A stretch of DNA of 50,846 nucleotides from an uncultured Planctomycetia bacterium (GCA_964420965.1 CAYQUQ010000006.1:1-50846); one strand, 5' to 3'. Numbered from the stretch's first letter, positions 40,955-50,641 are shown. Numbers and translations: made by a program. Notes: a model not told the origin generated them from the letters alone.

Positions 40955-43294
40955 TTAAGCCTCTTTGCCTCCGGTGATCGGTAACGTAAAATGGAAAGTA
41001 GAACCTTTACCGATTTTAGACTCTACCCAGATTCGGCCCTTATGCCTTTCGATAATCTCTTTACAGATCGCTAATCCTAATCCGGTACCGATTATTTTTC
41101 TCCCCTTGGTTCGCTTTACCTGTTCAAAAGAATGAAAAATCCTGCCGACATCCTCTTTTTCAATCCCGATTCCGGTATCAATAACTCTCACCTGAATATT
41201 ACCCCCCTCTTTGCGGGTGGCAATAGTGACTTCACCCTTATCGGTAAATTTAATGGCATTATTGACCAGGTTTCCTAAAACCTGCTGTATCCTGTCCTTG
41301 TCAAATTTAACCCAGGGCATACGGTTAAGTTTTAAATTCAGCTTTAAACCTTTACCGGTGGCCAGAGACTTCATGGTTTCATGGGTCTCTTTAATAACTC
41401 CGTTGATATCGTTAGCTTCCATCTTGAATTCCATTCTCCCGGAATCTAACTTTTGAAAATCCAAAACATCGTTAATCAGCCGGCCCAACCGGTCGACATT
41501 TCTCCTGACTATAGCCAGAAATTCCTCTTGATCCTTGTTGATTTGGCCGGCCATACCGTCTAAAACAAGGGCAATCCCGGTTTTGATGGCCGCTAAAGGG
41601 GTACGCAGCTCATGAGAAACCATCGAGGTAAATTTGGACTTGATGGCCATGGCTTCTCTCAGCTCTTTTTCGGCTTTCTTAAGTTCCGTAATATCCCGGA
41701 TAATACCGACGATAAACTTTCTTCCATGTTTATCGGTATATAAAGTTTTTTTGGTAACGATAGTATATGTAACCTCTTTGGTATCCGTCCACTGCTCCTC
41801 GTTGATATCTTCTTTGCCGGTTTTAAAAACTAATTCGTCCCTTTCCCAGAAAACATCCGCCTCTTTCTTGGAAAAATAGTCACGGTCGGACTTACCGAGC
41901 ATCTCTTCGGTGGGGATCCCGAACATCTCAGCATGAGCCTGGTTAAGCAGAACCCAGTGGTGCTGCCGGTCTTTAACGAAAATGGGGTCGGCGATGGAAT
42001 TAATTATTTTCTGAAAATAATCCCGGGACTCCCGGAGTTCCTCAGTGCGCTCTTTCACTAAATCTTCCAGATGATGGCGGTGCTTATCCAGCTCCTCCTG
42101 CGCGTGCTTACGCCCGGTGATGTCGCGATCGATCCCCCGATAGCCCAAAAATTTGCCCTGGGAAGAGAAAATCGGTACCCCGTTGGTCTCTAAAACGACT
42201 AATCGGCCGTCTTTGTGGACGTTGGTATTTTCCAAATAGTCAATCGGACCGCGCTGGTCAAAGATCTCCCTGACCGTATCTTTTAACCTTCCGGCTTCGC
42301 CGGAAGGCATAAGATCGAAAGGGGTTCTGCCTAAAACTTCAGCGGGCTCATAACCTAAAATATCCCTCACCTGGGGGCTGACATAGGTGTATTTGACGTT
42401 ATGGTCAACCTCCCAGACCCAATCACTGGTAGTTTCCACTAAGCTGCGGAATTTCTCTTCATTTTCCCGCAAGGCAATTTCTACGTCTTCACGATGGGCA
42501 ATTTCCCGCTTCAGTTCTTCGGTGCGATTAAGTAACTGGGCCAGGTATCGCTTTAACTCATCGGTCATCTGGTTAAAAAGAATCCCCAAGTCTCCGATCT
42601 CATCCCGGTTCTTGACCTCAATATGCCGCTCAAACTTTTTGCGGGAAATAATCTCCGCGATGGCGGTGCGTAATTGCGAGATGGGGACAATGATGATGCG
42701 GGAAATGCTGTGATAAAATAAAAACATGCAGACACCTAAGGCCAGCATTAAAACCACCAGGGTCTGAATTAAATTGTCCCTTATCTTGCTGTTTATAATC
42801 TCCTGCTTTATACCGATATGGATAGTCCCCACTGCCTCCTTATGGTGAATGATGGGGATAAGGGATTCATAGTATTCGCCGATGGCCAGAGTCGTTTTCG
42901 GAATCCTTCTCGCGGAGTAAAGTTCACCGTAAGCCTCCCGGTTCAAAGAAGATTTACGGTGCCGATACTCGCTATGATACAACACCTTTCCTTCCCGGTC
43001 AGCAATAAAGCAGTAGCTGATACCTTCGTTGGACTGCACCAGACCCACAAGATAGGGATTCATCTCGGCAAAGCTGTCTAAAGGAAAATACCTTAAGCTG
43101 TTATTGACTGTTCTGCGTAAAGCCTGCCCTACGGCATAAGACTTCTCTTCGAGGGCCTTTTTGTATGCCGACCGGAAATAAAAAGTATTGATCAGCGAGT
43201 TGACGGATACGGTAATAATGAGGACCGAAAATATAACGGCGGTCAGCCTGGCTTTAATACTCAAAGATCTATTCTTCATCTCTTTTGATGACAT
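40955..43294 (-). CDS. Membrane histidine kinase (periplasmic sensor-HAMP-PAS-PAS-HisKA-HATPase)
   Basis: Two TM helices, DEIGDL...FNQM, two PAS domains, SHELRTPL, NLVNNAIKF, DTGIG, GTGLGL. Confidence 0.95.
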   Translation of the reverse strand: MSSKEMKNRSLSIKARLTAVIFSVLIITVSVNSLINTFYFRSAYKKALEEKSYAVGQALRRTVNNSLRYFPLDSFAEMNPYLVGLVQSNEGISYCFIADREGKVLYHSEYRHRKSSLNREAYGELYSARRIPKTTLAIGEYYESLIPIIHHKEAVGTIHIGIKQEIINSKIRDNLIQTLVVLMLALGVCMFLFYHSISRIIIVPISQLRTAIAEIISRKKFERHIEVKNRDEIGDLGILFNQMTDELKRYLAQLLNRTEELKREIAHREDVEIALRENEEKFRSLVETTSDWVWEVDHNVKYTYVSPQVRDILGYEPAEVLGRTPFDLMPSGEAGRLKDTVREIFDQRGPIDYLENTNVHKDGRLVVLETNGVPIFSSQGKFLGYRGIDRDITGRKHAQEELDKHRHHLEDLVKERTEELRESRDYFQKIINSIADPIFVKDRQHHWVLLNQAHAEMFGIPTEEMLGKSDRDYFSKKEADVFWERDELVFKTGKEDINEEQWTDTKEVTYTIVTKKTLYTDKHGRKFIVGIIRDITELKKAEKELREAMAIKSKFTSMVSHELRTPLAAIKTGIALVLDGMAGQINKDQEEFLAIVRRNVDRLGRLINDVLDFQKLDSGRMEFKMEANDINGVIKETHETMKSLATGKGLKLNLKLNRMPWVKFDKDRIQQVLGNLVNNAIKFTDKGEVTIATRKEGGNIQVRVIDTGIGIEKEDVGRIFHSFEQVKRTKGRKIIGTGLGLAICKEIIERHKGRIWVESKIGKGSTFHFTLPITGGKEA

Positions 43295-44342
43295 CTTCGC
43301 CGGCCATTTCCAGATATTCTATGGAAACTTTAATTCCGAACTCCGCGGTTTTATCCAGGTCAAAAGCCAGGCCGTACTCCTTGGGCCACTCGGGGATGAT
43401 TTTTTTGATATCTCTGCCGGTAAACAGTTCTTTAATCATTCTCGCGGCCTGCCGGCCCATGCTTACGGGAGAAGGATAGATGACCATTGTCGCTCCCCAG
43501 CCGAGCATAACGTCCTTTCGCCCCAGGCCGATGAGAGGTTTGGTGGCATTGGCGTAAACCATCCGAGGAAAATACTCCTGCACCCCCATCTGGTCGTTGG
43601 GGCTTAAAAAAACATCCACCCGGGAATCGAGTTCCAAAACATGCTTTTTAGAGAGCGCGGCCATTTCCTGGGTGCCTTTCTTTCCGGTTATTAAAGGTAC
43701 TTTACGAAAAATAACTTCGATATTCTTAAAATCAAGGTCGTTTTCCAGCAGGTCGTCAACCCACCCTTTATAACTGTGCGACTGGGGCATGTCGGCATAG
43801 ATTAAACCGATTGTCTTTACCCCGGGTATAAGCTCCTTAATAAACTGAAACCTTGATTTTACCTTGACCGGCCAGGATACGCCGGTAAAGTTGCTTTTGG
43901 GGGGATTAATAAAATCATCAATGGCGTGCATTCCTACCGGATCGGTAACACAGGCAAAAACAAACCTGTGCTTCGGGTGGTCCAAACCCACATTCGTTGC
44001 GGCTAAAGTCATGACCGTTCCGTTGGTGAATATTACATCGTAATCCTTCTTCATCTCCGCTTTTAGAATTTCTTCTCCTCTCTTTAAGTCGTTTTCGATC
44101 GAAAAGTATGTTGTGCGTAAATTTACGCCTTCGACATAACCCCAGCTCTTAAGCGTATTCAGCATAGCCATCCGGGCAACTTCGTAGGGCTCTCCGGTCT
44201 GCGAATCCATGATCAAAAGGTCAAACTTCTGCGCGGAACCGCGCTTAATTTTATCGGCCGATTCCAGGCCTGTTCCGTACTGCTCAGGCCCCTGACAGCC
44301 AATAAGCGCCGCTAAAGAAATAAGTAAAATTAGTTTTTTCAT
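43269..44342 (-). CDS. ABC-type substrate-binding lipoprotein without adjacent transporter
   Basis: True start MKKLILL at 44342 (the ORF-track extension runs through a tRNA); lipobox LIGC; VFACVTDPV, NFTGVS, GRQAARM. Confidence 0.85.
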   Translation of the reverse strand: MKKLILLISLAALIGCQGPEQYGTGLESADKIKRGSAQKFDLLIMDSQTGEPYEVARMAMLNTLKSWGYVEGVNLRTTYFSIENDLKRGEEILKAEMKKDYDVIFTNGTVMTLAATNVGLDHPKHRFVFACVTDPVGMHAIDDFINPPKSNFTGVSWPVKVKSRFQFIKELIPGVKTIGLIYADMPQSHSYKGWVDDLLENDLDFKNIEVIFRKVPLITGKKGTQEMAALSKKHVLELDSRVDVFLSPNDQMGVQEYFPRMVYANATKPLIGLGRKDVMLGWGATMVIYPSPVSMGRQAARMIKELFTGRDIKKIIPEWPKEYGLAFDLDKTAEFGIKVSIEYLEMAGEDVIKRDEE

Positions 44343-44371
44343 AACCCTTTGTTTATTCCTGCTAAGCAGAA

Positions 44372-44445
44372 TGCGCCCAGCAGGACTCGAACCTGCAACC
44401 CTCTGGTCCGAAGCCAGATGCCCTATCCAATTGGGCCACGGGCGC
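44372..44445 (-). tRNA. tRNA-Arg(TCG)
   Basis: GCGCCCG TGGCCCAATTGGATAGGGC...TCTGG-CTTCGGA-CCAGA...GGTTCGAGTCC...TGGGCGC A. Confidence 0.96.
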
Positions 44446-44456
44446 AAAATCATGAA

Positions 44457-45272
44457 TTATTGGTTTAATGCCTTTAAAGCTTCCTCTGCCTGTTGGAGGC
44501 CTTCGAAATTCTGATCCAGCTCATACAGCCGTTTTGATTTCAGAATATACTCCCGGGCCTTATCGGACTGACCGATGCGATAATAGACATCGCCGAGATT
44601 AAAATAAGTGGCGGCATTATAAGGATCGGCATCTAGCGCTTTCTGGTAATGCTCTATAGACTCTTTGGATTTGCCGAGAAGAATATAGACGCTGCCGAGG
44701 CTGTTGTGGGCGGATACAAGCCGAGGGTCTATCTTTATCGCCTTCTCGTAATAATGAATAGCTTTATCGTAGTTGCCGGAATAAAAGTGGATCACCCCCA
44801 GATTCTCGCAGGCCTTAATGTCAGCGGGATTGATCGTCAATGCTTTTTCCAAATGGGTTGCGGCCTCGCGAAAATTCTGGAGCATAATGTAAACGAAACC
44901 CGTGGCCGTATAGGCATCGGAAAAATTGGGATCGATTTTTATAGCAGCCTTAAATTCGGTAAGCGCCTCCTTGAATTTGGCCGTGCTAACATACTCTTCC
45001 CCTTTAAGATAGTGTTTTCTGGCTTCCTGGGAATGGGTAGCCTTTTTATCCGGGGAGGCAGAATGTTCTGGTTTTACTCCGTCGATGCTTTCAATATCTT
45101 CAAGATAGTACTTTATGGGTACGCCTCCGACCTCGATTCTTATATATCGGCCGGTCTGCTCAACAATCTTGCCCTGTATCTGGGATCCGGACTTAAGGCT
45201 GACCTTCTCGGCATAACCGGCAAATAAAAAAGCCGCATTCAGGAAGGCAAAAATCAAAAAAGCCTTCCTCAT
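44457..45272 (-). CDS. Exported TPR-repeat protein
   Basis: Signal peptide, small beta domain (LKSGSQIQGKI), about five TPR units. Confidence 0.88.
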   Translation of the reverse strand: MRKAFLIFAFLNAAFLFAGYAEKVSLKSGSQIQGKIVEQTGRYIRIEVGGVPIKYYLEDIESIDGVKPEHSASPDKKATHSQEARKHYLKGEEYVSTAKFKEALTEFKAAIKIDPNFSDAYTATGFVYIMLQNFREAATHLEKALTINPADIKACENLGVIHFYSGNYDKAIHYYEKAIKIDPRLVSAHNSLGSVYILLGKSKESIEHYQKALDADPYNAATYFNLGDVYYRIGQSDKAREYILKSKRLYELDQNFEGLQQAEEALKALNQ

Positions 45273-45275
45273 GAC

Positions 45276-45677
45276 CTACCTGACCCCGCCTTTATGCATC
45301 AGATATTTAAACCGGTCCTTCTCGGCCTGGGTTAAGTAACCTATTCCTTTGTAATTTAAATGCTTCATGCGGGTTACCTCTTCTTCGCTTAACGTCTTAT
45401 AGCTGCCGTAAACAAACTTCTCCTGAAGTTTCAGGAGTTCCTCCCTGTCGTAAGAAGGGAGCATGTTAACTCCTTTTGCAATTAATCCGTTCAGTTCGAC
45501 CACTTCGCTTTCCGACAGCCGGTCATGCATTACTTCCAACATATCATCGACTTTCTTTTTAGAATACCGCCGGTCCAAAGAAGAGCGATTTTGGCCAAAA
45601 ATCAAATAAAGAAGGCCAAAGAAAATTGCCGCCAGCGCTAAACCAATCCATATATTTCCTTTCCTGAACGAGCACAT
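45276..45677 (-). CDS. Hypothetical membrane-anchored helical protein
   Basis: N-terminal TM helix; tight operon spacing. Confidence 0.65.
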   Translation of the reverse strand: MCSFRKGNIWIGLALAAIFFGLLYLIFGQNRSSLDRRYSKKKVDDMLEVMHDRLSESEVVELNGLIAKGVNMLPSYDREELLKLQEKFVYGSYKTLSEEEVTRMKHLNYKGIGYLTQAEKDRFKYLMHKGGVR

Positions 45678-45683
45678 TTTAGA

Positions 45684-46133
45684 TTATGGCTGCACTTTTT
45701 CTACGGTAACATTACCCTTCTCATCGACAACGCTTATTTTCACTGCTGTTGCCGGGGCCAAAGAAATAACGCAATCCTGACTGCCGGAAGAAGAAAACCA
45801 GCAGTGTTTATCTTCAGTAGTCGAGCTAAAAAAGTTGGCCTCGACCCACTTCCAGCCTTCCCAGCGGACCACCGTATGTTCCAGCACGGCTTTAAGCGAG
45901 TTGTCGCTAAAGCTCATATATATAAGGGTGTGCCTCTTGTGCGGGGTAGATTCGGACTTATTCTCGGTAACGCAGGTAGCCAGCACGCTGCCGGGAGAAA
46001 TAGGCTGTTTTTGACTAACCTTAAATGATTGTACTTTTATCTCTAAAGATCCGGGGTAATTTTGAGAAAATACGCTTAAAAAGGCTAACCCGGAAACCGC
46101 AGCCAAAGGAAGAAAAAATTTTATGCCCCTCAT
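45684..46133 (-). CDS. Hypothetical exported protein
   Basis: Signal-peptide-like N-terminus; operon spacing. Confidence 0.6.
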   Translation of the reverse strand: MRGIKFFLPLAAVSGLAFLSVFSQNYPGSLEIKVQSFKVSQKQPISPGSVLATCVTENKSESTPHKRHTLIYMSFSDNSLKAVLEHTVVRWEGWKWVEANFFSSTTEDKHCWFSSSGSQDCVISLAPATAVKISVVDEKGNVTVEKVQP

Positions 46134-46145
46134 AATAGCAAATAA

Positions 46146-46466
46146 TTACTGAAAGCCTTTTTCAAACGTCCCCATGCTTTCGCCTCTAAACCAATCCACA
46201 ACTTTTTCCCGGAATAGATAAAAGGTAATCAGGTCCCCTTCCTTAAGAGTTGTGATGTCCGGAAAAGTTAAGTACTCCTCCTCTCCTTCTGTATCGGAAG
46301 TTACCAGTAAATCTTCGCTGAACCCCAGTTTAGCTAAATCGCTCCTGGGCATACCCTCATAAATTATGCCGTCTGAACTCTGCGGTCTCTTTTTCTGGGG
46401 CGCATTTTCAGCCCCAAGGAAAGAGGAAAGAAAGAGCAGCGTTACCGACAGGCAGAAAGTTTTCAT
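46146..46466 (-). CDS. Hypothetical exported protein
   Basis: Signal peptide; upstream TTGACT-17-TATTAT promoter. Confidence 0.65.
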   Translation of the reverse strand: MKTFCLSVTLLFLSSFLGAENAPQKKRPQSSDGIIYEGMPRSDLAKLGFSEDLLVTSDTEGEEEYLTFPDITTLKEGDLITFYLFREKVVDWFRGESMGTFEKGFQ

Positions 46467-46516
46467 CTTAAACTTACTCTATAAAATAATACTATCACAA
46501 CCAAGATAAGTCAATC

Positions 46517-46948
46517 CTAGAAAGACAGCCTGACCATCCCCTTTTCGATGATTATTGTTTTCATCTGTATTCCTTTAAAGCTGCCGAAAAAACGGACCCG
46601 TTGCCCCCTTTCAAACTTCAGTTTTTTCTTGGAAAAATACTTCCGTAAAAATACGATTACATTAACTGCCTCGGACGAACCCGGATCTTTCGTGGTGGAT
46701 AAAGTTACGATAAGACTATCGGAAATGTCTCTGGTGAAACTTACGACGTAGGCCCGGCCCCCCATCCTCTTATCGCGATACTTCTCGACCAGGTTCTCGA
46801 TCTCAATCTGAGGCGCCTTTTTCTCCAGGGCCGCGACCAGAGTTCTAAACGGATCTTCGCCATAAACCGCGAAGCTCAATAAACAAAATATCAAAGTAAA
46901 TGTCGCCGCGTAAGTTCTTTTCATTTTTCCCTTAAATAAATATATCAC
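46517..46948 (-). CDS. Hypothetical exported protein, OB-fold-like pattern
   Basis: Signal peptide; KYRDK...GQRVRFFG pattern. Start may be the second Met. Confidence 0.6.
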   Translation of the reverse strand: MIYLFKGKMKRTYAATFTLIFCLLSFAVYGEDPFRTLVAALEKKAPQIEIENLVEKYRDKRMGGRAYVVSFTRDISDSLIVTLSTTKDPGSSEAVNVIVFLRKYFSKKKLKFERGQRVRFFGSFKGIQMKTIIIEKGMVRLSF

Positions 46949-47023
46949 ATCACTCCAATATTTTCAATCAAAAGGAAGTAAAGATATCTTTGGGGTATAC
47001 GGCAAAAAGAAGAGCCGGTGGGC

Positions 47024-47260
47024 TTAAAAGCGGATATTAACGACTATGGCTGCAAAAACAACCCCGATCAGAATTAACCCCATAATCCGGGTATTGCGTA
47101 TTTCTTTATCCCAGGATATCGGTGTTATGCGCCAATTTATTAACTTATAAAAATTTATCTGGATCTTTATGGCCGGCTTCGGCCGAAACAGTAAAAAAAG
47201 GCCGATGATTACGCTGCAAATATTAATAATCACGAATATGGCTAAAGGCATAAAAATCAT
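47024..47260 (-). CDS. Small two-TM hypothetical protein
   Basis: Two hydrophobic helices flanking INWRITP...NTRIMG. Confidence 0.65.
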   Translation of the reverse strand: MIFMPLAIFVIINICSVIIGLFLLFRPKPAIKIQINFYKLINWRITPISWDKEIRNTRIMGLILIGVVFAAIVVNIRF

Positions 47261-47305
47261 TTCTTTCGGAGTATCTTTATCGGCGGCAACCCTCCTGCGG
47301 CCGGG

Positions 47306-47758
47306 TTACTGCACCTGGCACTCATTCTGTTTATGAATCTTATCGAACCTTATCCGGGTTATGCGGTAATTATCGTATTCCTTGATAAAATTTACCCTTA
47401 CCAGCACCCGATCATGCTTCTCAAATTTAGCCTCGTAAACCAAAAGGGGGAAATCCGAGTCCAAAGAGCTTTTATGCCGGAGGAGTTTTTTTGAATCTAA
47501 ATATCCTAAGTTCTGCCAGCATTCAGCGGTGTAAAGAGTCTTAAAGTGTTGCTTGGCGGTTACCGGATCCATCTGTTGGGCAAAATACTCATAAAACTTA
47601 ACATAATCCTGAAAATTGTACCCTTTCAGAGCCGAATCAGCCAATAGTTCTAAAACCTCCAAAAGATATTTCTGTGAAGGTTGACTGGTGGCGTTATGGT
47701 CTAAAATCAGCATATTTAAAACAAACCCGATCATAAAAACTAAAAATATCTTTTTCAT
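47306..47758 (-). CDS. Hypothetical exported protein (DUF3887-like pattern)
   Basis: Start MKKIFLV after SD GGGAGG; YEAKFEK...VNF motif. Confidence 0.65.
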   Translation of the reverse strand: MKKIFLVFMIGFVLNMLILDHNATSQPSQKYLLEVLELLADSALKGYNFQDYVKFYEYFAQQMDPVTAKQHFKTLYTAECWQNLGYLDSKKLLRHKSSLDSDFPLLVYEAKFEKHDRVLVRVNFIKEYDNYRITRIRFDKIHKQNECQVQ

Positions 47759-47936
47759 GTCGAACAAACCTCCCGTTTCTACTGCTTCTTGTCCGGGCTT
47801 GCACTTGAGCGATTCCCCCGGACTGGCATTTATCATCTATAAAAATTTTAGCGCGTAATTGCACTTTTGCAAGAAAATAATCGCATTTACATTTTTTCAC
47901 CCCAATGATATTATAAATAGAAAAAGGAGTGAAGCC

Positions 47937-48362
47937 ATGCCTTCAAAATACAACTTAAGCCCGCAGAAAGAAAGACTTCTCATCAATGAAATGAAGCGAT
48001 TGAAAATAAAGGAGTCGGATATTCGGGAGCGGTTTGTACGCGCCCGGGGGCCGGGAGGGCAAAAAGTGAACAAAACCTCAAGCTGTGTATATTTAAAACA
48101 CCTGCCCAGCGGCATCGAAGTAAAATGCCAGCGGGAACGCTCGCAGGCGGCAAACCGCTTTATGGCCCGCTGCATCCTCCTTAAAAAAATCGAGAGGATG
48201 GCTGCGGATAAAAAGCTTAGAGACCGGCAAGGGCAAGAACGATTACGCCGCGCGAAGCGAAAACGCTCCCCGGCTGCAAAAGAGAAAATATTGCGTCAAA
48301 AACGGCTGCGTTCGGAAAAGAAACGCGGGCGGCTTAAGACTGCTGGGTTTGCTGAAGAATAA
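47937..48362 (+). CDS. Stand-alone GGQ peptidyl-tRNA hydrolase (ArfB/release-factor-like)
   Basis: RARGPGGQKVNK, HLPSGIEVKCQRERSQ, very basic C-terminal tail. Start ATG 47937 after AAGGAG. Confidence 0.9.
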   Translation: MPSKYNLSPQKERLLINEMKRLKIKESDIRERFVRARGPGGQKVNKTSSCVYLKHLPSGIEVKCQRERSQAANRFMARCILLKKIERMAADKKLRDRQGQERLRRAKRKRSPAAKEKILRQKRLRSEKKRGRLKTAGFAEE

Positions 48363-48400
48363 AAAAACCCCGTTAGAAATAATTTTCTAACGGGGTTTTT
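48363..48400. terminator. Bidirectional terminator formed by the ACCCCGTTAGAAA palindrome (copy 2)
   Basis: A-tract, ccccgttagaaa-taat-tttctaacgggg, T-tract, located between convergent genes. Confidence 0.8.
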
Positions 48401-48405
48401 ATCTT

Positions 48406-48780
48406 TTAACGGATCTGCGAGCGGACGTAACTCTTAAGATAAGTCATCAACTCGATGCCGAGCTCATCGCGAGTAAACCTTCTTACGTCATCCGCTACCT
48501 GATACATGGTAATTTCCGGTTTATCTTTCTGGACTTCCTGATAAGCAGCGATCATGAACTTAGCCACTTCGTCCCGGGAGTATCCGGGATGCTCGCTGCA
48601 TACCCGGATAACATACGGCTTGAATTCTTCGGGAAAATGTGCTCCCCGGTCAAAAACAGACAGCCGCTTCTCCGGGCTATACAAATCGTCGATAAACCTG
48701 TATCCCGAATCCGCATATCCCGGCAGTGATGCCCCCAGAAATAAACCCAACATACCGATCAAGGCTATTCTTTTGACCAT
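48406..48780 (-). CDS. Hypothetical exported protein
   Basis: Start MVKRIAL after SD AGGAGGTG; signal peptide ending GYA. Confidence 0.7.
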   Translation of the reverse strand: MVKRIALIGMLGLFLGASLPGYADSGYRFIDDLYSPEKRLSVFDRGAHFPEEFKPYVIRVCSEHPGYSRDEVAKFMIAAYQEVQKDKPEITMYQVADDVRRFTRDELGIELMTYLKSYVRSQIR

Positions 48781-48983
48781 ATTCCACCTCCTTTTAAGCA
48801 ACAACAAATATAATATACCATATAAACGCCCATTTTTTCAATGTCAATTCATAACCGATTGATAATAAGCAAGTTATGACTGGGAATTTTTCAAATTACC
48901 CTAATTACGGGGGTAAGAAGGCTGAAGAGGGGACGCGGAAGCCAGCTCACCAATAGGGAATCGCGACAATATGCCTCATTTTC

Positions 48984-49011
48984 TTGATGTATTGGGAATG
49001 TTTGGTATAAT
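48984..49011 (+). promoter_or_regulatory. Sigma70 promoter of tRNA-Ser
   Basis: TTGATG, 16 bp, TATAAT with extended TG. Confidence 0.65.
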
Positions 49012-49034
49012 ACTTACAAATCTTTTACCGGATC

Positions 49035-49070
49035 TAAGATCTCTCGGCCATCTTCGATGGCCTCGAGATC
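49035..49070. repeat. 36-bp hairpin element (copy 2)
   Basis: Reverse complement reads GATCTCGAG-GCCATC-GAA-GATGGC-CGAGAGATCTTA. Confidence 0.75.
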
Positions 49071-49094
49071 CGAAAAAATACTTCGTATTTTTTC

Positions 49095-49184
49095 GGAGGG
49101 GTGGCAGAGTCTGGCTGATTGCGGTGGTCTTGAAAACCATTGTGGGGAAACTCACCGGGGGTTCGAATCCTCTCCCCTCCGCCA
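49095..49184 (+). tRNA. tRNA-Ser(TGA)
   Basis: GGAGGGG...GTGGT-CTTGAAA-ACCAT, long variable arm, GGTTCGAATCC, CCCCTCC-G-CCA. Confidence 0.97.
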
Positions 49185-49334
49185 ATTATTTTTTTTTCGA
49201 TTTTTTTCGCTTTCTGCGACCAAAGAATAGGGATTTTGGCTGGAAAAATAAAGCAAGAACACGACCAATCTTTTTGTCTTTTTATTTTGAGTAATTAAAG
49301 CTCAAAATAAAATGACTGATTCGTAATTTGCCTC
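49179..49334. repeat. Left arm of 156-bp perfect inverted repeat
   Basis: Base-by-base reverse complement of 50642-50797; begins in the tRNA 3' end (CCGCCA). Confidence 0.93.
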
Positions 49335-50633
49335 CCAGCATAGGTAACTAGCGTGGTTTAAAGAAGTTACAAAGTCTTTAGCCCGTTCGAACCAATTATT
49401 ACCCTCAGCGGCAAAATCTCGTAGCTTCTCTTGCAAGCCCTTCTTTTTGTTGATAAGTCTTTCCTTTTTCGCCTGGTATTCCTCAAGGCTAATAACCCCT
49501 TCCAGATAAATATCTATAAGTTTACTTATTTTGGCGTCTATCTTGTATATTTCCTTTTGAAGATTTTGCCGCTGAGTAAGTGATGATTGGATAAAGCCTT
49601 GTTTATCGTTGTTTAACTCTCTTAAGATATTGTTTGTCCAATCATCGCTTAAAGAAACTTTTTGAATTGCCCGCTTCACTTGCTCGGCTAAGACTTCCTC
49701 GCGAATATACTTTTGTTTGCAAGGCCCAAGCCTTTTGGTGCAGCGGTAATAATTATGGCCTTTCTGGTTCTCAGCGGTTATCATTGCTCCGCACTCACCG
49801 CATTTAATAAAGCCTCGGAAGGTGAAATATTTAGGTTGTTTCTTGTGGGGTTTGCTTCGTTGCTTTAGGACCTCTTGACACTTGTCAAAAAGTTTCTTGG
49901 TAATAATTGGTTCATGGGTTCCTTCGTAAGTCTCGCTATTGAAGCGAATAAGGCCATAGTAGATCGGGTTCTTTAGTAGATACTGGTAATTGCCTATGGC
50001 TAAGGTTTTTCCTTTCTTGCCCGTAAGTCCACAATCGTTCATGGTCTCACGCAGCCGGGAAAGAGAGTATTCGCCTGTCGAGTAGAGCTCAAAAGTTTTC
50101 TTGATAAGATGAGCTCTGTCTTTATCAACCACTATTGTTCGGGTTGTGCGGTCGTTGAGGTAACCCATAGGCGCCCACTGCGGCCAGATGCCCTTGCGTA
50201 GCTTCAAGCGAATACCGCGCTTGATGTTTTCAGACAAAGCGTCAATGTAGTATTTGCTCTGGCCAAAGGCTATTGAAAGCATAAACTTGCCTTGGGCGTT
50301 GTTATCAAAGCGATAGGTGGGAAACTTTAGATCTTGGATGATACCTTTATCGATGAGGTAAATTATTCTACCACCATCAACACTATTTCTAGCTAAACGG
50401 TCAGGGTGCCATGCAAGAATAGCTTCAGCTTCACCCTTTTCAATGCTTACGATCATAGCGTTGAATATAGGTCGGCCAGGCTCTTTGGCAGTCTTAGCTT
50501 CCACTAACTCCTTAGAGATAAAAAGACCTTCTTTCTTGGCAAATTCGCGCAGTTCGGTTAGTTGAGCTTCGATAGATAGGACTTGCCTGTCTTCGTCATC
50601 GGTGGACTTACGGGCATATAGGAAGTATCTCAT
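49302..50633 (-). CDS. Large serine recombinase (resolvase, recombinase, zinc ribbon, coiled coil)
   Basis: MRYFLYARKST, DRLARN, APMGY, HEPII, CGECG...YYRC. Likely start ATG 50633. A single TGA precedes an in-frame tail. Confidence 0.95.
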   Translation of the reverse strand: MRYFLYARKSTDDEDRQVLSIEAQLTELREFAKKEGLFISKELVEAKTAKEPGRPIFNAMIVSIEKGEAEAILAWHPDRLARNSVDGGRIIYLIDKGIIQDLKFPTYRFDNNAQGKFMLSIAFGQSKYYIDALSENIKRGIRLKLRKGIWPQWAPMGYLNDRTTRTIVVDKDRAHLIKKTFELYSTGEYSLSRLRETMNDCGLTGKKGKTLAIGNYQYLLKNPIYYGLIRFNSETYEGTHEPIITKKLFDKCQEVLKQRSKPHKKQPKYFTFRGFIKCGECGAMITAENQKGHNYYRCTKRLGPCKQKYIREEVLAEQVKRAIQKVSLSDDWTNNILRELNNDKQGFIQSSLTQRQNLQKEIYKIDAKISKLIDIYLEGVISLEEYQAKKERLINKKKGLQEKLRDFAAEGNNWFERAKDFVTSLNHASYLCWEANYESVILF

Positions 50634-50641
50634 GCTTTGGT

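Noticed and set aside
44343-44453. N-terminal extension of the SBP ORF
   Set aside because: It is a translation through tRNA-Arg(TCG); the lipoprotein signal starts at 44342.
48971-49294. ORFs 48971-49294(+) and 48976-49185(-)
   Set aside because: Translations across tRNA-Ser and its promoter.
49302-49304. Genome-wide TGA recoding or selenocysteine to explain the recombinase TGA
   Set aside because: TGA is a normal stop in several genes here (ATGA overlaps), and there is no evidence of a Sec context.
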